From: Octopus bimaculoides
Lineage: Eukaryota
Direction of reading: 5' to 3'
DNA: 47,325 bases
Assembly (NCBI RefSeq): GCF_001194135.2
Contig: NC_069000.1
Span: 12,733,786-12,781,110 of the forward strand
The position numbers were made by a program, and so were the translations under genes. This document shows positions 37,039 through 47,325 of the stretch, piece after piece (positions within the stretch are counted from its first letter, which is position 1; the number at the start of each line of letters is the position of its first letter). The notes below the pieces were generated by a model. That model was not told the DNA's origin, searched no databases, and saw only the letters and a program-made list of their open reading frames with translations.

Positions 37039-38278
37039 TGGGGTATACATTTTAGTAAATTTTTACCTAATTTCATATTATATATCACATCTTATTTTTA
37101 TATTGTTTGATTTGATCTTATGTATTTTATATATTTTAAGCTATATCTTTATGGTTATATTCTACAATGTACATTGTATAACTGATAAGGTTTGTATGTT
37201 TAATTAAATTTTTTTTTTATCGGCTATGATTCTCTTTCAATTTATAATCTCTTAATTCTCTTTTATTTTTTTTTTCTTTATTTTTTCTTTATTTATGTTA
37301 TCATATATTTATACAATAACATTTACATTCACCTTTACAATATTCCGTACGTTATATTTTTTAAATATAACATTTATTTTTATATTATTTGATTTCACTT
37401 TTAATGTAACTTCTACTTAAATTTTTACTTTCTATTCAAAATATTATTTTATTATATTTTAAGATGTATACATATAGACAAATACTATGTTTTCTACCTT
37501 ATCATTTCTACCTTTAAGTAGAAGTTACACTAGCAATTGATAACACTATTTCATCTTTATTATTATATGATATTAATAACTGCGCTCAGGCTATGTAGAT
37601 TAATAGTTAGCTAAAGAGAGAGGTACATTGTTCGCTGGATCGATCGATCGATAGATAGATAGATAATTGTGCAGAAATATAGATGTATAATTAGTTAGAT
37701 TGGGTAAGTGCAGGTTTGTGTACGCATGTGTAAGTATGCCTTTGGAATGAATTATTTGTATACGCTAACATAGAGTTCTAGATTATTTAATGTTTGGTTT
37801 CTGTTATATGATTCCCTATACGTATATATATTTATGTCGATCTATGTGTGTGCATACATGTATAGCAATTGTAAAGGAATTCTTGTGTGTATTAACATAT
37901 ATCGCTTTTATGTTTAGTATATACGATCTGAAGGTATAGTAAATTTAACAGTTTCAATATGAACAATAGCAATATTAGTAACCAGAATTTTAATAGATCA
38001 GTGAGGAGTAACAATGTCAGCATGAGCAGAAAAACCATAAGTAACACAACTAGGTATCAGTATAGGAACTATGGTTTGGCGCCCAATAAAATTGAAGAGA
38101 CTCGAAGTAAGACCACGATTAACCTGGAAGTAGTAGATGTGAATCTTAAAAAGTAAAGTTCTTAGAATGTTGTCTATGCGACAGGACTAATAACTTAGAA
38201 AATAGACAAGGGAATATAGAAATAGCATCAATAGTAGGTGAAGTGGATAATAATAATTGAAGTAGTAGAACTATTAAA

Positions 38279-38488
38279 TGCGATTGTGCAAGGAACAGGG
38301 TCTGTCCGATTAACTCTAATTGTAGGCATAAAAATATCGTATATAGATGTAAGATTACCTCAAAGAATAGAGAATATTTCTATACAGGAGCTAGCTCATG
38401 TTATATTAAGCTGAGAATTGCCAATCACTTAAGTTCGTTTAGAAATAGGAACAAAATGACATTGTATGAATTGCATAACATTGTATGA
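38279..38488 (+). mobile_element. Penelope-like element relic: Cys-rich linker plus GIY-YIG endonuclease N-terminal half
   Basis: Single frame CDCARNRVCPINSNCRHKNIVYRCKITSKNREYFYTGASSCYIKLRIANHLSSFRNRNKMTLYELHNIV*, matching the PLE pattern CxC-x4-CP-x4-C..N(V/I)VY..YIG..K.R..NH.SSF; flanked by stops; no RT visible. Confidence 0.85.
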
Positions 38489-38818
38489 GATGTGGAATAA
38501 AAATATTGTCCGTTTATGGAAACAATTGTAATGTCAGTTTGGATTCTCCTTTCCCCATTTAAGCTATTACTTTTATTATTAATTCTGCTGGCTTATTCTA
38601 AGCCAATTGGATCTTATCTTGGTGCTGTGTAATGTTCCGTTTATATCAATTGAAGTCTTACCAAACTATTTTTTAAAAATATTTTAGAATACTTCGCAAG
38701 CCAAGATCCGGCATGATGTACTAATGAGGTGATAACCAGGATCTTAATTATCCCCTCAATCTGTGTGTGAACGTGTGTGTGAGTGTGTGTGTGTGTGTGT
38801 GGATGTGTCTAAATTTAA

Positions 38819-39025
38819 AAGGCGGTGAGCAGGCAGAATGGTTAAGCACGCCGGCCAAAATGCTTAGCGGCATTTCATCCCTCTTTACGTTCTGGGTCCA
38901 AATTTCGCTATGGTTCACCCTCTGCATTTCATCCTTTCGGAGTCGATGACATAAGTAACAGTTATACACAGGGTTCATTGTAATTGACAAACCTCTTTCC
39001 CGCCGAAATGTCAAGTTTTGGGCCT
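38819..39025 (+). mobile_element. SINE family B
   Basis: AAGGCGGTGAGCAGGCAGAATGG..GCACGCCGGCCAAAATGCTTAGCGGCATTTC. Confidence 0.88.
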
Positions 39026-41051
39026 ATACATTTATATTTGTTGTTATATAGTCATATTTATATTTATATTCATGCATCTGTATGCAGGTGTACCTACATA
39101 CCTGTAAACAATGTATGCATTTACATATCCCTGTACAAATGCACACTGGTCTACCCATATAAGTATGTATATATGAATATTTGCATATATATATGTATAT
39201 GTGTGTGTGTGTGTGTATTTATGTATATATGTGCGTACGTACATATGAATGCATATAGTAACTACATGACAGCATTAATATGTTTTTACAACCAACGCAA
39301 CATAAATTCCTTTTCATCCATACTGGTAATAAATGTTCTCGTTATTTACTGATTTTTAACTTTTTGCTAGAAAAATCTGGGATACTCAAAAGTTCACAAG
39401 AAATAACAATTAATCTCGTCGCCATAAAACTATTATGCGCGTTAATTATGTTTTTATAATGCATCGCCTAATATTGTATTTCAAAGTTATATCTATCCAT
39501 GATATCTGTCGATCAAACGATATGATAAACAAATAAATTGCCAGTGTTGTTTTCATGTTTATCCGATCATATCTGGCTTATGTCTGAGATCGACCACTTT
39601 CTATCAATATTCGTGAAGATTACAGTTTTCTTTTATTCTATTGCTAGTTTTAGCATTCGTTTCCGACCATACTGGGACAATTCCTTTGAAGGAATGGTGT
39701 ATTAGATTATCCCCAGTACTTACTAAGCTAATCATTCTTTTCTACTTAGTTTATCGTATGCTCGAGTTAATACGTTTTAAATGAATAAATACTAATAAAA
39801 TTTCACAATCATACATACACATACGGACGCACATATACACAGACATACACATATACACGCATACGTTTGAATGATGTGCTTCTCACGAGCAAAAATGAAA
39901 GTACTCAATACGGTGGGTAAATATTATGATATAACAAATAAAAGGTTTTACTTTCCCATGTTTGTGTATATATGTGTATAAACATGTCTTCATATATATA
40001 TATATATAATGTAAATATAGATATATATACACATAAATATATGTACATAATACATATACATATACATATATATATATATATCGGGGGATGTGTATATATG
40101 TACGTATGTATGTATAATCAAACATTTGTCGCAGTACAAGAATATAGCCAGAGTGAATAGTATATAAAGGTGTGCTGGAATGATTAAAATACGCAAGCAC
40201 GGTGAAATTCTTTGCATTTCCTATCAACCAGAGACCAACACCTTTTAGACAGCTAACGGTAGGTTGACACCCTCTACTTCTTTCGCTACTGTCTGGTCTA
40301 TTTCGAGATTATTCGTTGATGCACCAGATCTAACGTATCTAAAGAATGCATTATTTCCTATTAGCTTGCAAAAACAGCGCTGGCTTCCAATTTACAGCAG
40401 ATGAAGGAATATTCTTTTGGGTGCTGTTATGCTGCTAAGTTCTCGTATACTTTATTTTTTAACATCGTCTTCTTTCTTCGTCGAACTGAGCACGTTTTCC
40501 ACATTTATATATTCATTATACTTTCAAACTCGAAGAAACCTATTAATGATTCCACGTAGTAAAATCGAACCTAAATACCTATAGCTGCAGAATGAACTCT
40601 TCATCATATGGCCTGGTTCTCCTCTGTTGTAATTTATCTTACATGATAAGAGATTAATAAGGTATTGCAATCTTTTGCCTGTTTATCATACATCAGAACA
40701 GTAGTTTCTCATAACGAACCACTCGAATTACTTAAGAATAGAAGAATATCTGCTTTGCTTATATACATTTGTAATCAAGTATATTTATTGCGATATGTTA
40801 TTTTACTTAGCTTTTATCTGTATTTTCATACAACTGTTACTGTTGTGTTTTAGATGCATTTAAATCTTTCTACATCGGTGATAAACATTTTAACATCGTT
40901 CTTGAAAGGACGTGAAATAGATTTACATCATACGTATTAAAATCTAATATATACTTACGAACGGATAAAAATGTCATTGATGAATGAATGCATTCAAGTT
41001 GAAAATAAAATAACTTCAATAAAATGTTGTTGCTGTTATTTAAAGTAATAG

Positions 41052-41106
41052 TGCCACTTACTACTTACAAATTGCTGCTTACAACTTACAAATTGCCACT
41101 TACTAC
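41052..41106 (+). repeat. 21-bp minisatellite, 2.6 copies
   Basis: TGCCACTTACTACTTACAAAT / TGCTGCTTACAACTTACAAAT / TGCCACTTACTAC. Confidence 0.85.
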
Positions 41107-41278
41107 GTTTTTGTTGTGATATTTATAGAGGGGGATCAAATTAGAATGTTCTACTGTGCACATCCTATTTCGTTTTAAAGGCGGCGAATTAAGAGATATG
41201 TTGGGATATAATACCACGTGGTAGTTATTCTAGTACTCTGATTTCAAATCATATTACCTTTACAGACACACACACTCA

Positions 41279-41317
<39 letters not shown>

Positions 41318-41430
41318 ACACACACAAACTCCACATACATACACGTACACGCGCTTTACTCGAATTCCCTGAAATCTGAGATCGATTTGAGATTATTCCG
41401 TCAAAATATGTTTTACCTATGCCGCATAAA

Positions 41431-41478
<48 letters not shown>

Positions 41479-41922
41479 NNNNNNNNNNNNNNNNNNNNNN
41501 NNNNNNNNNNNNNNNNNNNNNNNNNNNNNNNNNNNNNNNNNNNNNNNNNNNNNNNNNNNNNNNNNNNNNNNNNNNNNNNNNNNNNNNNNNNNNNNNNNNN
41601 NNNNNNNNNNNNNNNNNNNNNNNNNNNNNNNNNNNNNNNNNNNNNNNNNNNNNNNNNNNNNNNNNNNNNNNNNNNNNNNNNNNNNNNNNNNNNNNNNNNN
41701 NNNNNNNNNNNNNNNNNNNNNNNNNNNNNNNNNNNNNNNNNNNNNNNNNNNNNNNNNNNNNNNNNNNNNNNNNNNNNNNNNNNNNNNNNNNNNNNNNNNN
41801 NNNNNNNNNNNNNNNNNNNNNNNNNNNNNNNNNNNNNNNNNNNNNNNNNNNNNNNNNNNNNNNNNNNNNNNNNNNNNNNNNNNNNNNNNNNNNNNNNNNN
41901 NNNNNTATATATATATATATAT

Positions 41923-42085
41923 GGCGGGCTTCTTTCAGTTTCCGTCAATGAAATTCAATCACAAGGCTTTGGTCGGCCCGAGGCCATAGTAGAAGATGCC
42001 TACCCAAGGTGTCACGCATGGGGACTGAACCCAGAACCATGTGGTTAGGAAGCAAACTTCTTACCCTACAGCCTTGCCTGCGCCT
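41923..42085 (-). mobile_element. SINE family A, 5' half, ending in (TA)n and a gap
   Basis: GGCGGGCTTCTTTCAGTTTCCGTC..GCTTTGGTCGGCCCGAGGC..GGGACTGAACCC..CTTCTTACC. Confidence 0.9.
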
Positions 42086-43185
42086 ATATGTACGAAGAAT
42101 TTCAGAAGATATAGAGAAGTCGAGAAATGGAAATTATAATGTATGTAATGAATAAGTTTAAATAATTTGCTAAGATGTGACATGTAGCTGTGTCGGCATT
42201 TGTGTCTTTTGTTTTGAGGCTGTTCAACTTCTTGGCTAAAAATACGTAATTTTCTCCTCCTTTTAAATTTCAATCTATCTATGTATGCGCATACGCATGC
42301 GCGCATGCTTATACACACACACACGCATGCATAGACATACGCATTTGCCTGTAAATATACAAGCATACCTATATTCTTACATCTAATGTATATAAACATG
42401 TTTTTAGATTGATATGTATGTGTGTGAGTGTTTGTGTGTGTGTGTGTGTATGAATTATTCATACAATATTTCTTTGCAGGTGTATGCGCGCATGTATAAT
42501 TATGCGTATGTATGAGCATATATATATATATATATATATATGTGTGTATGTATAATTTCACACACACACAAATGTACATACGTACATATAAATGCATGCA
42601 AATGCATGCGCGCGCACACATATATCTGTTAGAGAGACACCTGGACTGCTCTCTATGCTTGTACAGATCCATACACAAATGCATGTGCATTTTTGCACAC
42701 GAACAAAGATGCATATAAATATGCAAATGGCTATATATACATATTGTGTCTGCCTGTGTATAATGTATGCATGCATGTATATATTATGTATGTGTATGCG
42801 TTAGTAATGTATGCATTATAGATATGTTGGAAAGCATAGCAAGTTAACTTTTCTACATCGCCATAATTTTGACTTTATGTATTCCTACTTATTTAAACTG
42901 TCTGTCACTCTACAACTCTGCTTTCTCTTTTTTTTTTCCGTATTTCACCTCACCCTACTACCTTCCCTCGCAGCTTTTTTTTCTCTTCCTTTCTCTCGTC
43001 GTTTATTCCTCACTTCCTCTATTCACTCCTACTCCTCCTCTACCTTCCTTCCTTCCTTCCTTCCTTCATCCTTCTCATTCATTCTCCTCCCACTTCGCCA
43101 TCGGCTAATCATAAACAAAAAAAGTTCTTTCTATTTTCCAATACAAGACGTTACGAGAAAATGCAGACAGCCATGACACCACGTG

Positions 43186-43199
43186 GCGCCATCTGGAGG
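43186..43199 (+). promoter_or_regulatory. CTCF-like motif next to an E-box
   Basis: GCGCCATCTGGAGG fits GCGCCMYCTRGTGG; CACGTG at 43180-43185; non-repetitive context. Confidence 0.4.
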
Positions 43200-43623
43200 A
43201 AATAAGGAAGAAAATGACAGGAATGCTGCACTGAATGACCCAACAAAATTGACCTAAACGACATAGAATTCCGGTCTAAATCACGATGTGATACTCTTTA
43301 ATAGTTACGATTCGCTAGGGAGCGGGTTCGTTTCCGTGTTTAGGCTTTTCTGTGTTTTGGCGAGTATTGTACTGTCTGAATTTTTATTTATCTTGACCGA
43401 TACATAATCATATTTCAACGATTTCTAATATATCTATATGTGTGCTCACGTTTATATATGTCTTTGGACTTGTGTGTGTGTTTGTCTATGTGTGTATGTG
43501 TATGTGCTTGAGCGTTTGTGTTTGTATGTGTCTGTTGTGCGTGTTCGGGGGCAAAATACTCTAAATGTATTGAGTACTTCTTCCTTATTCGTTTGAAAAC
43601 ACTAATGCTTTACACGTGAGCAT

Positions 43624-43657
<34 letters not shown>

Positions 43658-44577
43658 AGAGAGAGACTTATATAGAAACACAGAGACGTATACATAGAGA
43701 AACACACATACAAGTACATATGATTATATATATAGACATATACATTTAGGTGTGCGTGCGTGGTACATCATTTGGGCGGGGGTGTAATTGTGCGTGCGTG
43801 TGTATATAGGTGTGAGTGTGTGCAAATGGGTGGGCATACGTTCCACCCAAATGCCACAGAGAAAACCGTATACTTATGTATGTATACACACACAGGCATA
43901 TGTATATAAGCACGCACACACACACACACATATATCTATATGTGGCAGTAATATAGTCGTTGTCGCATAGTCTCGCCTTATCTATTATACAGCAGATACA
44001 TTATCAAAAATGTGTCAGTCATGATGTTTCAAACTTTTATTTGGAATTAATGTCTCTATGTCTACGGTATCTAATACATGACATTTTTTTTTCAAACTGT
44101 AGAATGTGATTACATTGGGGCCATTTTTCAAAATGCCGCAGCTTAGGCGCGCAAAATTCCGGAAACAATACTGCAGAGAATAATTTACTGCAGTCCATAG
44201 ATAATTCTTTATTCTGTATATTTCTTATTTTGTCCTGTTCTGGAAATTTTTCTGGAGAACATTATTTTTCTTTGTGGTTGGGTCGTTGATGACCTCTTTC
44301 TAGCATATTGGGTGTCCACCTAGTGGACATCCCTTATACGCGTATATATATATAATTCAAACAGAGATAGCTGTAAGAGATGATGATCGATTTTAGCTCT
44401 TATTAATAAGCTCTTATTAACTTTATTATCTCCATTTTCTTATTTTTCATATATATATATAATGGGTGCATGCGTACGTATGTGTGCGTAGGAGTATACT
44501 TGCGAATTCTAGAACTCTTTCTGAATTATGTATCTCAACACACATATATGCAATTTTGAGCATATGTACCCTGTATT

Positions 44578-44622
<45 letters not shown>

Positions 44623-45351
44623 ACACAATACACACATACAAAACCCACAACACACACACACAGCACAAACACACGCGTGTGTGTGTCCCCGTGTGTGCGT
44701 GCATATACATGCATATATACGGACACATATACTCGCAGAATTATGTATATTATATGCAGAATTACGTGTATTATACACATATAAAGCAGAAGGAAATGAG
44801 AGTAAACGTAAAAGCAAAGCAAGAGCGTGTAAGAGGAAATTATACATGATCGTAATCAAATTATCAAATCCCTTGCGCCCAGTCAAATGTAACACAAACA
44901 GTCTGGTATTTCTCTAAAATCTCCGTTCCAAAATCTCAGTGAAACATAATGTTTGTAGTTAAACATTCCACAAGTGTTTCTGACCAAATACATTGATTCT
45001 GTCTAGTATTTGTTTGCTACGCCGCATAAACAACTTAATCTCGTCTAATTAGAGCTGATCGCCTTTCACAGAAATAATCCGGTTTCTATCAAAAAATTTG
45101 TTACGTGTTAATCATACAATTCATTTTCATATATTCATGAATGCATAACTGTATATATNNNNNNNNNNNNNNNNNNNNNNNNNNNNNNNNNNNNNNNNNN
45201 NNNNNNNNNNNNNNNNNNNNNNNNNNNNNNNNNNNNNNNNNNNNNNNNNNNNNTATATATATATATATGTATGTATATTGCCGCCCAAACACATGGTTCC
45301 GGGTTCAGTCCCTTGGGCGTGTATTTTCTACTTTTGACTCGAGCCAACCAA

Positions 45352-45994
45352 GCCTCCACGTTAGCCTTGGTGTTGCAGGTAGAGCGGCTGTTGGTTCACT
45401 CAAACGCACTCTATACATAGTAATCGATGGGATTGCAATTGGTAGGTTCACAAGGCTAAAAATTTGGGCTGGTGAAGTTGTAAACATTTCCGTTAACCAC
45501 TTCTGAATCTTTCCGGGGATATAGCAAGTAACATAATATTGCAGTCACACATATGGCCTTCCAGCAGCAACACTCTTTAACCAGGGACTGACCACAGTCT
45601 CCAGCAGCGTCACATAGCCGTCTGAATTGAGATTATCGTCCTGTTCAAAGATGGAGGTCGGCATGGCGTCACCCTAACTGGAGACAAACCCAAAGGTCAT
45701 TACATATAGAGTGAATCCGATTTTCATGATGTCCATGTCACGTCTTGTAGCCTTCGTAGTTCCATAGACCATTAAGTAGCAGCCATGATGTCAACATTTT
45801 GATACTCGACGTGAATCGTGATTCTGATAGCTCTTTTTCAATATCCAGATAGCTTCCTATCTTCTATGTCAGATTACGTTTTCTCAATTACAAATTTAAT
45901 AGTTATGCTTTCCAACGTCGTTGACTTCAACTCATCAAGCTTTTCCTGAGACAAAAACGGTACACATTAATCCAAATTCAGCCCGAACACCCTG
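45352..45994 (-). mobile_element. Second DD37D/maT-type relic (different subfamily) with 5' TIR, internal deletion and many stops
   Basis: End CCCTG|TA at 45990-45996; translates to VMTFGFVSS*GDAMP..LLETVVSPWLKSVAAGRPYV*..FTSPNF*P..CNPIDYYV*..CNTKA, paralleling the 7249-7844 peptides. Confidence 0.88.
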
Positions 45995-46001
45995 TATATA
46001 T

Positions 46002-46160
46002 GCGGCGGGCTTCTTTCAGTTTTCGTCAATAAAATCGACCCATAATGCTTTGTTATGACCAGGGGCTATGGTAGAAGACTCCTGTCCAATATGTCACGCA
46101 ATGAGACTGAACGTGGAACCACGTGGACACGGGATTCTTACAATACAGCAATGCTTGCAC
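46002..46160 (-). mobile_element. SINE family A, 5' half
   Basis: GCGGGCTTCTTTCAGTTTTCGTC..GCTATGGTAGAAGAC..GAGACTGAAC. Confidence 0.8.
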
Positions 46161-46253
46161 CGAATAGAAAAATCTGAAAGTTAGCCACTGATCACAAAAT
46201 AACAGTAGAAGTTAAAATTACATATAGAGCTGATTTTGAAGTAGACTCTACCT

Positions 46254-46330
46254 CAGTGATACCCAACGTGGGGCATACGCCCCACCGGTTGGGCCTAGGA
46301 AAATTGTTCTGGGGTGTAGGACCCAAATTA
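46254..46330 (+). mobile_element. Possible single end of a hAT-type element
   Basis: CAGTGATACCCAACGTGGGG resembles hAT TIRs (CAGTGGTTCCCAAC); no partner TIR or TSD found. Confidence 0.4.
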
Positions 46331-46482
46331 TTATTTTTTTTTTTTTCTACTGGGACATGGAATTGGTGAAAATCTTTGTTTCACAGCAAACACACTACGC
46401 CTATACTCAGCCTAGCCAAACCAATCCCTACAGCCAAACATACAGTGCGAAGGCTGTCTGCTACAATATAACGCTATTCTAA

Positions 46483-46694
46483 GGCGGCGAACTGGCAGAA
46501 GCATTAGCACGCCGGACGAAATGTTTAGTGGTACTTCGTCTATCTTTACGATCTGAGTTCAAGTTCCACCGAGGTCGACTTTGTCTTTCATCCTTTTGTA
46601 CTCGATAAATTAAGTACGAGTTGCGTACTGGGGTCGATGTAATCTACTGGCCTCCTCCCCAAAACTTTCGGGCCTTGTGCCTCGAGTAGAAAAG
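46483..46694 (+). mobile_element. SINE family B, full length, with perfect 18-bp TSD
   Basis: AATATAACGCTATTCTAA at 46465-46482 and 46695-46712. Confidence 0.96.
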
Positions 46695-47129
46695 AATATA
46701 ACGCTATTCTAATGCTACGACTGAAGTAAACAAAATTGTCTCTTCAAAACAAAGAAATCTACCGTAGTGGCTAGGTTTTCATTAAAGTAATTCACTTTTT
46801 TCTTATCCAATAATGTAGTTTTTTTTTCTTCAATCAGTACATAATAAAAGAGTTGCTGGTAGATTCTTTCGCATTCTGTAATTGTGATAAAATATTAAAA
46901 ATAGTTGGGGCTTTTTTCCCCATAATCAACGGTGAGGCATACATTTTCTGGAAAGTTATAGTAGGGCCCGGGGAAAAATAGGTAAGAAAACACTATTTTA
47001 ACTTATAAAAAGAAATAGATTCTAAAAGAAGGAATTTCAGATTTTTCTGTGTTAAGATGTGAGAAACTTGAAAAACATTTCGTCGCAACGGAATTTTGGG
47101 AAACAAAACGAAGAATAACTGTGTGGATG

Positions 47130-47291
47130 GGTGCAGACATGATTATGTGGTAAGAAGCTTAATAGCTGGGAACATTATTGTAGGTTCAGTTACACTGGGT
47201 GGTGCCTTAGATAAGTGTCTTCTACTATAGCTCCGGGCCGACCAAAGTCAGGTGAATGGGTTTGGTAAACAAAAACAGAAAGATGCACATC

Positions 47292-47325
<34 letters not shown>
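47130..47325 (+). mobile_element. SINE family A head running into its (TA)n tract
   Basis: GTGGTAAGAAGCTT..GGTTCAGTTACACTG..AAGTGTCTTCTACTATAGC..CCGACCAAAG then CATCG(TA)n. Confidence 0.8.

Larger units (their letters stand above)
1479..45253. other. Eleven assembly gaps (N runs): 1479-1564, 11955-12240, 13039-13048, 21160-21169, 22279-22799, 28021-28150, 29226-29719, 30569-31254, 33675-34566, 41479-41905, 45159-45253
   Basis: N runs in the sequence; nearly all abut (TA)n, (GATA)n, (TAG)n, (TAA)n or (TG)n tracts. Confidence 0.99.

Noticed and set aside
38703-38745. Hairpin AAGATCC..GGATCTT with CUAAUGA-GGU-GAUA-ACC after the PLE relic
   Set aside because: No GAAA core and no stem III or stem I; insufficient for a ribozyme call.
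40324-40334. CCAGATCTAAC, matching my recollection of the miR-750 5' end
   Set aside because: The match stops at 11 nt and no precursor hairpin is evident.
40394-40427. ACAG-CAGAUGA-AGGAAUAUUCUU..CUGU hammerhead-like string
   Set aside because: First core mutated and second core absent.
4333-44776. Short direct repeats (4333, 14163, 36944, 41052, 44735) as CRISPR-like arrays
   Set aside because: Eukaryotic context, only 2-3 adjacent units, no unique spacers and no cas genes.
1199-45506. Dozens of ORFs rich in IY, VC, HT or X, including all those longer than 150 aa
   Set aside because: They are translations of (TA)n, (TG)n and (CA)n microsatellites or N gaps.

Overview
AT-rich, microsatellite-dense animal genomic DNA from a fragmented short-read assembly with 11 N-gaps. 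The repeat families suggest an octopus or other cephalopod (inference). It reads as intergenic or deep-intronic sequence: I recognise no host protein-coding gene, and most ORF-track entries are microsatellite or N artefacts. Supported features: one intact tRNA-Thr(CGT) gene; more than 20 tRNA-derived SINE copies from about five families (my labels A-E); two decayed DD37D/maT-type Tc1-mariner copies; an internally deleted mariner; a complete 188-bp hAT MITE with TIRs and an 8-bp TSD; the 3' end of an R4/Dong-type RLE LINE in a (TAA)n tract; and a Penelope-like GIY-YIG endonuclease relic. The most interesting object is a 290-bp insertion at 14809-15098. It has a Pol III tRNA-like head, a (CAA)n linker, a decayed minimal type I hammerhead ribozyme fold, a Penelope-style inverted 3' tail and an 11-bp TSD. 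This suggests a ribozyme-bearing SINE mobilised by Penelope-like elements. SINE boundaries are approximate unless a TSD is given.
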